This document shows positions 1 through 7,709 of a stretch of DNA of 64,000 nucleotides, in pieces. How positions within the stretch are numbered: the first letter of the stretch is position 1; each line of letters starts with the position of its first letter. The notes under the pieces are model-generated. The model was not told where the DNA came from. It saw only the letters and a program-made list of their open reading frames with translations, and ran no database searches. Origin of the DNA: an uncultured Clostridia bacterium (GTDB lineage Bacteria; Bacillota; Clostridia; Christensenellales; UBA1242); the NCBI GenBank assembly GCA_944372445.1, contig CALVZE010000003.1, forward strand, positions 1,816 to 65,815, in the 5' to 3' direction. Made by a program: the position numbers and the translations under genes.

Positions 1-1
1 T

Positions 2-418
2 GACGCTAGACTACTACGCGATTTTGAAGCGAATAAAAACAAAAACATTTCATATATATTTAAAGGGCTTATGCCGTCATCACTTGTGCCGTTCTTTGCA
101 AAAAAGTGCGGAGTGGATGAGAGTAAAAAAGTGCATGATATATTAAAGGAAGAGCGAAAAAAAATCTGCGGAACTTTAAAAAGTCTTCCGCTTTCGTTTA
201 AGTCACTTTATCCGCTTGATGCTGGCATAATCACAAGCGGTGGAGTGGCACTTGATGAGGTTAATCCAAAGACCTTTGAGAGTAAGTTTGTTAAAAATCT
301 TTATTTTATCGGCGAAGTTTTGGACATTGACGCTCTGACAGGCGGATTTAATCTTCAAATAGCGTTTTCAACGGCGTATAAATGCGGAGAAAGTTGGTGC
401 GGACACCAAACTTTTTAA
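2..418 (+). CDS. HI0933/YhiN (BaiN)-like NAD(P)/FAD-dependent oxidoreductase, C-terminal fragment (5' end outside window)
   Basis: Frame is open from the window edge. The C-terminal sequence FIGEVLDIDALTGGFNLQIAFSTAYKCG resembles the conserved C-terminus of HI0933-family flavoproteins. The last ~9 codons overlap repeat copy A. Confidence 0.6.
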   Translation, partial: DARLLRDFEANKNKNISYIFKGLMPSSLVPFFAKKCGVDESKKVHDILKEERKKICGTLKSLPLSFKSLYPLDAGIITSGGVALDEVNPKTFESKFVKNLYFIGEVLDIDALTGGFNLQIAFSTAYKCGESWCGHQTF

Positions 419-598
419 ACGCGGACACGGATATGTAAACATATCCTAACCGCTAAAAGTTCGGTTTCCCAACCCAATCCTCTTCCCTGTAGGTGATTTT
501 CAATTTGTGTTCGCCGGGCAAAGCCCTTCCCCAAACAAAATTGAAAATTAAATTAGAATATGCAAGTGTGGCGTTGTGAGAAAATAGGTTTTGATTGT
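393..598 (-). repeat. Three-hairpin structured intergenic repeat, copy A
   Basis: Alignable by eye to 12721-12915 and 18291-18495. Hairpins: TTGGTG-CGGA-CACCAA (394-409), GGATATG-TAAA-CATATCC (429-446), and a long A/T stem with a GGGC/GCCC cap (496-548). Confidence 0.8.
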
Positions 599-617
599 AG
601 ATAACTTTTATAAAAAA

Positions 618-685
618 CATCCCTAACTCTTTACTGCGAGCCATAGGCTCGCCTTCACTTTTCACTCTTCACTTTTCCTTCTTCC
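618..685 (-). repeat. GTGAAG-module repeat (GTGAAGAGTGAAAAGTGAAGG + 6-bp hairpin + CAGT...)
   Basis: The reverse complement reads GGAAAAGTGAAGAGTGAAAAGTGAAGG-CGAGCC-TAT-GGCTCG-CAGTAAAGAGTTAGGGATG. Related copies lie at 1371, 12207, 14585, 18215, 24027 and 24843. Confidence 0.75.
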
Positions 686-749
686 TTTTTTATTGTTTTA
701 GTTTACAAAATTGATTTTTTGTGCTATATATTTCATATAGGAGTTTAAT

Positions 750-1367
750 ATGTTACTTTGGTTTGTGAGAATATTACTTTGGATACCGCTTTCCATTCTT
801 CATCCAACTTTTATCTATGGAAGAAAAAATCGCCCTAAGGGTAAGGCGATACTTTGTTCCAACCATCGCTCGAATTGGGACATTGTCAACTATCTTCTTC
901 ACACCAAGGAAAAAGTTGTGATTTTGGCAAAAAAAGAACTTGCAAAAAACAAGTTTTTCGGTTTTATCTTAAAGCATTTAGGAGCAATTTTCATCGACCG
1001 TGAAGGTAATGATATCAACGCGATTAAAGAGTGTATGAAGGCGTTGAAGGCGGGCAAGAAACTGTTTATCTTTCCAGAAGGCACAAGGCTTAAAGACGAA
1101 AGTGCGGTTCTCGGCGAAGTGAAAAGCGGACTTGCGCTTATCGCCATAAAAACAAAAACACCGATTGTCCCTATGTGGGTGGTAAGTAAGCCAAAAGCGT
1201 TTAGAAAATCGAAAATCATTATCGGCAAGCCTTATGAACTCTCTGATTTCTACGGCAAAAAACTTGATGAGGTAACACTTGAAGAGGCAAACAAGGTTGT
1301 AAGAGAGAAGATGTTAGAAATAAAATATGACTATGACCAAAAATTGCAAGCGAAGAAGAATAAATAA
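750..1367 (+). CDS. plsC: 1-acyl-sn-glycerol-3-phosphate acyltransferase
   Basis: Acyltransferase motifs NHRSNWD (HX4D) and FPEGTR are present. SD-like AGGAG lies upstream of the ATG. Confidence 0.9.
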   Translation: MLLWFVRILLWIPLSILHPTFIYGRKNRPKGKAILCSNHRSNWDIVNYLLHTKEKVVILAKKELAKNKFFGFILKHLGAIFIDREGNDINAIKECMKALKAGKKLFIFPEGTRLKDESAVLGEVKSGLALIAIKTKTPIVPMWVVSKPKAFRKSKIIIGKPYELSDFYGKKLDEVTLEEANKVVREKMLEIKYDYDQKLQAKKNK

Positions 1368-1370
1368 GTT

Positions 1371-1470
1371 AAGAGTGAAAAGTGAAGAGTGAAAAGTTGA
1401 GGATAGTTTTTATCGATTATCAAAAAGATTAGGGCGACTTAATCTTTTTATCGTTTAGGCGGTTTGGTGG
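1371..1470 (+). repeat. Composite repeat: GTGAAG module + GAAAAGTTGAGGATAGTTTTT + AAAGATTA-hairpin + ATCGTTTAGG..GGTGG
   Basis: The same modules recur at 2817-2850 and 2954-3005, on the other side of the next gene. Confidence 0.75.
1424..1449 (+). terminator. Rho-independent terminator-like hairpin after plsC
   Basis: AAAGATTA-gggcgact-TAATCTTT followed by a T-run. Confidence 0.6.
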
Positions 1471-1630
1471 CAAATAAGATAGATTTAATTTCAATAAAAA
1501 GTGCAATGTAATTTTTTCGCAAAAAATAATGTAATGTATAGTTAAGGAATGGTGTAATGTTTACAAAAAAAGGTTGAAATTTGGTTGGGCTTATGTTACA
1601 ATCAGACTAGATGCTAAGGAGGGAGGCAAA

Positions 1631-2773
1631 ATGGAAAATTATATTGATAACATAATAAAAGCGATAAGGCAAGATAGAAATGCGCAAGATAAACTTATCA
1701 ACTATCTAAAATCAACCGGCGACACTGAGTTGTTTACCGATCTTTCTTCTTCCGGGAAAATGCTACTAGAAGTTGCAGCGGGAGAAAAACTGAAATTGTT
1801 CATTTTAGAGAATTATCCAGAACTTGCGCGGGTTCAAAATAAGAAGGGCAATACTATTTTGTTTGATACAACTGAGAAGGTGCACTGTAAGGCGCTAGAA
1901 GTGGACCCAAGCCTTGCGCGTATTCAAAATGAGGACGGTGAAACATTTTTACATATATGTAATAGATTTTACATGGCGCCAAACATGGCACCAATTTTAG
2001 CCCTAGAAATTGACCCGACTCTTGCGCGGATACAGGATAAAAGAGGTAGAACGTTTGTTCATGGGTCTGATGCCGAAGTAATGCTTAAAGCGTTAGAGGT
2101 AGACCCAAGTCTTGCACGCATTCAGGATAATGACGGTCAAACATTTTTGTTTTTTTACAGTTTGTATAAACGCTCAAAAGATGTTGTACTTAAAGCATTA
2201 GAGGTGGACGCGAGCCTTGCGCAGATTAAGGATAACGACGGAGAAACATTTTTGCACAACATCACAATCATAAAATATCCGCCGGTGGCAAGCGTGGATA
2301 CTGCAATGGCTGTGCTAAAGGCATATCCAGAACTTGCAAGAATTAAAGACAGTGAAGGTAACACCTTTCTGCACTACGCGAATACTAGAAGTTTTGAAGA
2401 TGTGATTGTGGAGGCACTAAAAATCGACCCAATCCTTGCGGAAATTCAAAATAAACAAGGCGACACATTTTTGCACACCTTCTTTGACGGGCCAGACATG
2501 TTTCAACTTCCTTACACTAAGTTATTGACAGCATTAAAATCTCACCCAAATCTTGCGCGAATTCAAAATGCGGACGGCGATACGTATTTGCATTATGCTG
2601 CCAAATTTGGGCATAAAAACATCAAGGAGTTTGCCGAAAGTTTGGACCCGAGCCTTGCCGAAATTCGAAACGAAAACGGGCAAACATACCTTGATTTGTT
2701 CCCTAAAAAAAGTGTTGAAGAGTTAAAAATTTCCCTCGACGAAGTTTTGGATGAAAGAAGAAGAGAACTTTAA
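1631..2773 (+). CDS. Tandem-repeat protein, degenerate ankyrin-like repeats (about 9 units of ALEVDPSLARIQ[ND]xDGETFLH)
   Basis: ATG at 1631 follows AGGAGGGAGG. The track ORF starts at 1574 (TTG), but the RBS favours 1631. The repeated NxxGxTxLH motif with a ~37-40 aa period is ankyrin-like. Confidence 0.75.
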   Translation: MENYIDNIIKAIRQDRNAQDKLINYLKSTGDTELFTDLSSSGKMLLEVAAGEKLKLFILENYPELARVQNKKGNTILFDTTEKVHCKALEVDPSLARIQNEDGETFLHICNRFYMAPNMAPILALEIDPTLARIQDKRGRTFVHGSDAEVMLKALEVDPSLARIQDNDGQTFLFFYSLYKRSKDVVLKALEVDASLAQIKDNDGETFLHNITIIKYPPVASVDTAMAVLKAYPELARIKDSEGNTFLHYANTRSFEDVIVEALKIDPILAEIQNKQGDTFLHTFFDGPDMFQLPYTKLLTALKSHPNLARIQNADGDTYLHYAAKFGHKNIKEFAESLDPSLAEIRNENGQTYLDLFPKKSVEELKISLDEVLDERRREL

Positions 2774-2816
2774 AAATAGGCGCATTCGGTGAACAAGCGT
2801 AGAGTGGTTAAATAAA

Positions 2817-3005
2817 AAATGAAAAGTTAGCGATAGTTTTTAGATTATTCCAATTAAATTTGCTTTAAAATGTTAAAAATCAATATATGAGAGCATACGA
2901 AAGACACAATAAGAATTTAAAAAAGAATATTAAAACGTTTTAAAAATTTGTATGAAAAGATTAGGGCAACTTAATCTTTTTTATCGTTTAGGAGTGTAAT
3001 GGTGG
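2817..3005 (+). repeat. Second copy of the 1371-1470 composite repeat, split by ~100 nt of unrelated AT-rich sequence
   Basis: GAAAAGTTAGCGATAGTTTTTA (2821-2842) and GAAAAGATTAGGGCAACTTAATCTTTTTTATCGTTTAGGAGTGTAATGGTGG (2954-3005) match 1391-1470. Confidence 0.75.
2956..2982 (+). terminator. Terminator-like hairpin after the repeat-protein gene
   Basis: AAAGATTA-gggcaact-TAATCTTT plus a T-run. Duplicate of 1424-1449. Confidence 0.6.
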
Positions 3006-3100
3006 AAAAATTGTTATAAAATTTTTAATTTTCTTTGACAATATTGTATTGTTTTTGCTATTCTATTATTAGATTTAATATTTCTACAAGGACAAAGAGG

Positions 3101-4141
3101 ATGAGCGAAGAATTTAATTTAGATTTAATTGACAAAACTTTCACAAGTTACAAAAAAGGGCAAACTTTTGACGGCGTGGTGGTGCTTAAACGAGAGGACG
3201 GAGTGATTTTTAATATTGGCGGAAAAAATGACGCCTTTATTCCGTCTAGCGATTTTGATAATTTTGATGATGTTAAGATTGGTGATAGATTTTCTGTGAT
3301 TATCACAAAGCAGAAAAATGAAGAAGGGTTGATAGAGGCAAGTATGAGGCTTGCGCGCGATTTGAAGATTGCTAACCAAAATGCGCAATCTCTCCGCCTT
3401 GGAAGCAAATTTACCTTTGTTGTGACAAGCGTAAATAATGGCGGACTTCACAGCAAACTAGGCGACTACACTGTGTTTGTGCCAGCAGGCGAGGCATCAC
3501 TTAAATATGTAAGAGATTTGAAAAGTTTTGTCGGCAAGCAGTTAGAGGTAATTGTCACAGAGATTGACCACGAGAAAAAGAGCATTTTGGCAAGTGCGAA
3601 ACTTCTGCAAGAGCAGATTAAAGTGGCAACCGAAAACAACTTTTGGAACTCCATATTTATCAACAAAATTGTGACTGGCAAAGTTAAAAAGATTATGCCA
3701 TATGGTGCGTTCGTTGAAGTGGATGGAGTGGATTGTTTCCTTCACATTTCAAACATATCCTATGACAAACTTGAAAATGTCAGTGATGCCATTCATGAGG
3801 GCGAAACTTACACCTTTAAGGTGATTGGACTTGATAGAGAGAATAAAAAGGTGGAACTTTCGCTTAAAGCAACCTTGCCTGACCCGAAAATAGAGCGTAT
3901 CAAAGAATTAGAAGTTGGCGAAGTGTATGCTGGTAAAGTGGTAAAACTTTTAAGATTTGGCGCGATTGTTAAAGTGCCAAATGGTGCAACCGGACTTCTT
4001 CACATACAAAACTGCACGGAGAATAGAACAAAAAACATCTATGAACTTGTTAAAGTTGATGACGAAGTTGAGGTTGAGGTTATAAACAAAGACGAGGAAG
4101 AGGGCAAGGTTTCATTCAAACTCAAAAATATGATAAATTAA
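3101..4141 (+). CDS. rpsA: 30S ribosomal protein S1-like, four S1 domains
   Basis: ATG at 3101 follows AAGAGG. Repeated S1-domain signatures are present (GxVxxIxxxGAFVxx, e.g. GKVKKIMPYGAFVEVDG and GKVVKLLRFGAIVKV). Confidence 0.85.
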   Translation: MSEEFNLDLIDKTFTSYKKGQTFDGVVVLKREDGVIFNIGGKNDAFIPSSDFDNFDDVKIGDRFSVIITKQKNEEGLIEASMRLARDLKIANQNAQSLRLGSKFTFVVTSVNNGGLHSKLGDYTVFVPAGEASLKYVRDLKSFVGKQLEVIVTEIDHEKKSILASAKLLQEQIKVATENNFWNSIFINKIVTGKVKKIMPYGAFVEVDGVDCFLHISNISYDKLENVSDAIHEGETYTFKVIGLDRENKKVELSLKATLPDPKIERIKELEVGEVYAGKVVKLLRFGAIVKVPNGATGLLHIQNCTENRTKNIYELVKVDDEVEVEVINKDEEEGKVSFKLKNMIN

Positions 4142-4142
4142 A

Positions 4143-4215
4143 GTTTAGTGTGGACACCAACTGCACATAACGCGTGGAAAATAGAAAAATAAATTTATCT
4201 AACCGCTACCCACTT
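4143..4215 (-). repeat. Partial or degenerate copy (D) of the three-hairpin repeat
   Basis: Shares GGACACCAAC, AACGCG and CTAACCGCTA in the same order and orientation as copy A (393-455). It starts 2 nt after the S1 stop codon. Confidence 0.5.
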
Positions 4216-4277
4216 GCTTAAATTTTAACATCCCATAGTTTATATAGGTGACAAATTTAAAATTTATTCAAATTTAG

Positions 4278-4306
4278 GTGACAAAAGTTTGTTAGTTTGT
4301 TATAAT
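4278..4306 (+). promoter_or_regulatory. Sigma-A type promoter for the SAM riboswitch/metK
   Basis: GTGACA, 17-nt spacer, TATAAT. Confidence 0.6.
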
Positions 4307-4314
4307 GTTAATAT

Positions 4315-4400
4315 ATCCATAGAGAGTGTGCGAGGGACAGCCCCTTTGACCACACAGCAACCTACAATTTGCAAGGTGCTAATGGCTGACCGATGGTGAT
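4315..4400 (+). promoter_or_regulatory. SAM-I (S-box) riboswitch
   Basis: AGAGAGTGTGCGAGGGACAGCCCCTTTGACCACACAGCAACC...GGTGCTAATGGCTGACCGATGG matches the S-box core (GAGGGA..GGCCC..TGA..GCAACC..GGTGCTAA). It lies upstream of metK. Confidence 0.85.
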
Positions 4401-4420
4401 TTTTAATTTACTTACCATCG

Positions 4421-4447
4421 GAAACGATGGTTTTTTCTTACTCTCTT
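4421..4447 (+). terminator. Riboswitch expression-platform terminator
   Basis: ACCATCG-GAAA-CGATGGT plus TTTTTT. The left arm can alternatively pair with CGATGGT at 4391-4397, acting as an antiterminator. Confidence 0.8.
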
Positions 4448-4544
4448 TGGTAAAAGGAGGAGAGTATGTGGTGAGGAATATGTAAAAATCGGTTAAAATA
4501 TAATTTAGTTTGATAAATATATGTAAAAATTAAAAGGAGAAAAA

Positions 4545-5639
4545 ATGAAAAAGATTGTAACAAGCGAAAGTGTAAATATAGGTCATCCAGATAAAACCTG
4601 TGACTATATTTCTGATTGTTTTCTTGATGAGGCGTTGAAGCAAGACAAATATAGTCAAATGGCGGTGGAGTGTGCGATTAAAAACAACAAACTTTTTATC
4701 TATGGCGAGGCGACCACAAAAGCAAAATTAGATTATGACAAGATTGCTTTAAATGCCCTTAAAGAAATAGGCTATAAGGAAGAATTTGAAATTATCAAGG
4801 AAGTTAGTGTGCAGAGTGTCGAGATTAACCATGCGGTGGTTAAAGATAAGCTTTGCGCAAACGATCAAGGTATAGTTTTTGGCTATGCCACAAATGAAAC
4901 GAAAGAGTTTATGCCTCTTTCAATTATGGTAGCGCATAAGTTGATGATGAATTACGACGAATTTAGGCGGAAAGACAAAAATTTCTTTTTTGACGCAAAA
5001 AGTCAAGTTTCGGTGTTATACGAAGATGATAAACCTAAATATTTAACAAACATCTTAATAAGCGTGTCGCATAGCGAAGATATTTCAAACGAAGAGATTT
5101 GCAAAAGAATACTTGAAAATGTCGTTTTGAAAACGCTTTCGGAATATGAAAACTATTATTGCAAGGAAACAAAAATCATAATAAATCCTAGTGGTAGATT
5201 TACAATATATGGAAGCTACGGCGATTCTGGTTGTGTGGGGAGAAAGATTGTTGTAGATAGTTATGGCGGAGTTGCTCATGTTGGAGGCGGATGCTTCTCT
5301 TCTAAAAATGCAACAAAGGTGGATAGAAGCGGGGCGTATTATGCACGATATGTGGCAAAAAATATTGTGGCAAATCGCCTTGCAGAGCGTTGTGAAGTGG
5401 AAGCGGACTATGTTATAGGACTTGAAAACGCATTGAATGTCAATATTGATTGTTTTGGAACTAACAAGTTGCCAATAGAAGAGATTTATGAAATTGTCAA
5501 AAAGAATTTTGATTTTTCTCTTCAAAATATAATAAAAGAGCTTGACCTTTTAAAGCCTATTTATAAAAAGACGGCGTGCTATGGGCATTTTGGAAGAGAG
5601 GAATTTAGTTGGGAGAAGATAAAGAAGCTTGTAAAATGA
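4545..5639 (+). CDS. metK: S-adenosylmethionine synthetase (divergent, 364 aa)
   Basis: Contains GHPDK, DQGIVFGYA, GRKIVVDSYGG and KVDRSGAYYARY. RBS is AAGGAG. Confidence 0.9.
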   Translation: MKKIVTSESVNIGHPDKTCDYISDCFLDEALKQDKYSQMAVECAIKNNKLFIYGEATTKAKLDYDKIALNALKEIGYKEEFEIIKEVSVQSVEINHAVVKDKLCANDQGIVFGYATNETKEFMPLSIMVAHKLMMNYDEFRRKDKNFFFDAKSQVSVLYEDDKPKYLTNILISVSHSEDISNEEICKRILENVVLKTLSEYENYYCKETKIIINPSGRFTIYGSYGDSGCVGRKIVVDSYGGVAHVGGGCFSSKNATKVDRSGAYYARYVAKNIVANRLAERCEVEADYVIGLENALNVNIDCFGTNKLPIEEIYEIVKKNFDFSLQNIIKELDLLKPIYKKTACYGHFGREEFSWEKIKKLVK

Positions 5640-5903
5640 ATGTCAAGAAGTTCAAAATTATATCTAAAATTAATGAGAAAAACTTGTGATGTTAAAATTT
5701 AAACAAGTTAAATTTTAAATTTTGCCAACGCAAAAACACAATAAATTGTGTCATCACCGTTTGAATGAACGTAGGCTCACTCAAATGCGACTTTTTTGCG
5801 CTTGGTTCGACATTCGATAATAAAAATTAAAGTTTTAAAACTTATCTACCAAAACATTCATTTTATATATATTTTATAAGTTAAAGAAATATATTTTATT
5901 TCT

Positions 5904-5932
5904 TTGACTTATTTTTTTATATTTGTTAAAAT
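5904..5932 (+). promoter_or_regulatory. Sigma-A type promoter upstream of plsX
   Basis: TTGACT, 17-nt spacer, TAAAAT. Confidence 0.55.
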
Positions 5933-5974
5933 ATTTTTGCAAGGATTTGCAAAATCTTTTATTTTGGAGTATGT

Positions 5975-6979
5975 ATGAAAGTTGTTGTTGACGCTTTTGG
6001 TGGCGATAATGCTCCTCTTGAAGTTGTTGAGGGAGCGGTTCAGGCAATTAGAGGAAATAAAGACTTAGAGATAATTCTCACAGGCGATGAGAAGAAAATT
6101 AAAGAGATTTTAAAAGGCAGAGTTGAGCGAATAGAAATTGTCAATGCAAGCGAAGTAATCACAAATGATGACACGCCAACAATGGCGATAAGGCAAAAAA
6201 AAGACTCTTCGCTTGTTAGGGCTTTTGACCTACTTAAAGAAAACGAGGATGTTATTGGACTTGTGTCTGCGGGTAGCACGGGTGCGATACTTTCTGGCGC
6301 GATTATGAAGATAGGGCGCATTAAGGGCATCTCTCGACCAGCACTTGGACCTATTCTTCCAACAAAGAAGGGAAGCGATGTGATTATCATTGACAGCGGA
6401 GCAAATGTCGATTGCAAGAGCATAAATTTACTCCACTTTGCCATAATGGGCAGTTGTTATTATTCTATTGTGGAAGGAGTGGACAAGCCTCGCGTGGCAC
6501 TACTTAACAACGGAACGGAAGAGCATAAAGGCAACGAGCTTGTAAAAGAAACCTATCCGCTCATGAAGAAACTTCCGATTAATTTTGTCGGCAATGTGGA
6601 AGGCAAGGAGGTCATGTCTGGCAATGTCGATGTTATAGTCACTGACGGCTTTGCTGGAAATGCGTTACTTAAAGGTGTAGAAGGAACAGCAAGTGCCATC
6701 CTTTCGGTGTTAAAAAGTGAGATTAAATCTAGACCTATGTCGATGATAGGCGCTTTGTTTATGAAAAAGACCTTTAAATCTCTTAAAACTAAACTTGACG
6801 CTAATAAGCATGGCGGAGCACCGTTTTTAGGTGTTAAAAAACTTATTGTGAAGAATCATGGCTCTTGTGGAAGAGATAACATCACGGCGTCAATCAATCA
6901 GGTTGTAAAATTACATGAAAACAAATTGATTGAAAAAATAGAAAAGATGATGGGAGATATGAACATTGAAGAAAATTGA
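5975..6979 (+). CDS. plsX: Phosphate acyltransferase PlsX
   Basis: MKVVVDAFGGDNAP N-terminus and full-length PlsX-like sequence. Confidence 0.95.
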   Translation: MKVVVDAFGGDNAPLEVVEGAVQAIRGNKDLEIILTGDEKKIKEILKGRVERIEIVNASEVITNDDTPTMAIRQKKDSSLVRAFDLLKENEDVIGLVSAGSTGAILSGAIMKIGRIKGISRPALGPILPTKKGSDVIIIDSGANVDCKSINLLHFAIMGSCYYSIVEGVDKPRVALLNNGTEEHKGNELVKETYPLMKKLPINFVGNVEGKEVMSGNVDVIVTDGFAGNALLKGVEGTASAILSVLKSEIKSRPMSMIGALFMKKTFKSLKTKLDANKHGGAPFLGVKKLIVKNHGSCGRDNITASINQVVKLHENKLIEKIEKMMGDMNIEEN

Positions 6980-7595
6980 TGAAAAATTAGGCGTGGGGTT
7001 TAAAAGTAGAAAATATATTGAAGAAGCTCTCACGCATCCGTCAAAATCTAAAAATAACTATCAGCGTTTAGAGTTTTTGGGTGACAGCATTTTAGACTTT
7101 TTGGTCGGCGAATATCTTTTTAAAAAGTCCGATAAGTCGGAAGGCGATTTGACAGTGCTACGCGCGCATTTTGTGTCAGAAGAGTATTTGTCTATGTGCT
7201 TTGATAAACTTAATATTGAAGATGAACTAAATTTAGGCAAAAGTTTGCAAGGCAAAGTGACGCGAGCAATTAAAGGCGATGTTTTTGAGGCGATAATAGG
7301 CGCGATATACCTTGAAAAAGGCATTGATTTTACGAGAAATTTCATTATCGAAAAGTTAAATTTAGAAAACTTTGAAAATGTTGAAAATGACAACTATAAG
7401 TCTGAGCTCCAAGAACTTGTGCAGGCGAATTTCAAATGCACGATGAAGTATGTGACCGAGCGAGAAGAAGATAATTTTGTGGCTCATTTTTATATGGATG
7501 AAGATATGATTTCGACGGGCTATGGCAAAGACAAGATAAGCGCTGAGCAAAATGCCGCCTTTGTTGCCATAAAAAAACTTTTTAAAGAGGAATAA
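6966..7595 (+). CDS. rnc: Ribonuclease III
   Basis: RNase III signature ERLEFLGDSILDF and a C-terminal dsRBD. Overlaps the plsX stop. Confidence 0.9.
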   Translation: MKKIDEKLGVGFKSRKYIEEALTHPSKSKNNYQRLEFLGDSILDFLVGEYLFKKSDKSEGDLTVLRAHFVSEEYLSMCFDKLNIEDELNLGKSLQGKVTRAIKGDVFEAIIGAIYLEKGIDFTRNFIIEKLNLENFENVENDNYKSELQELVQANFKCTMKYVTEREEDNFVAHFYMDEDMISTGYGKDKISAEQNAAFVAIKKLFKEE

Positions 7596-7709
7596 ATTTG
7601 AGCTTATGCATTAATGAATTTTGAATAAAAAATTGTAAATTTTTCAAAATGCTTTTGTGTTAAAGAAAAAATATGCTAAACTATTTTTAGTTTAATTTAA
7701 GGATAAGAT

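Noticed and set aside
453-665. The 70-aa ORF on the - strand and the 65-aa ORF at 18238-18435 share a 'peptide' (GRALPGEHKLKITYREEDWVGKPN versus GRTLSGEHKSKITNREEDWDGKPTE). This could be a conserved small protein.
   Set aside because: Both lie on repeat copies A and C, so the similarity is nucleotide-level repeat conservation. Copy B has a TAG at the equivalent of the Trp codon and a 5-nt deletion that breaks the frame. There is no SD or consistent start codon. Differences between copies preserve hairpins rather than codons.
5640-5702. 20-aa ORF (MSRSSKLYLKLMRKTCDVKI) overlapping the metK stop, and a 19-aa ORF at 62977-63036.
   Set aside because: They are too short. The first has no convincing RBS and the second only a weak one. 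Neither has supporting features. An rpmF (L32) gene expected upstream of plsX was looked for and not found.
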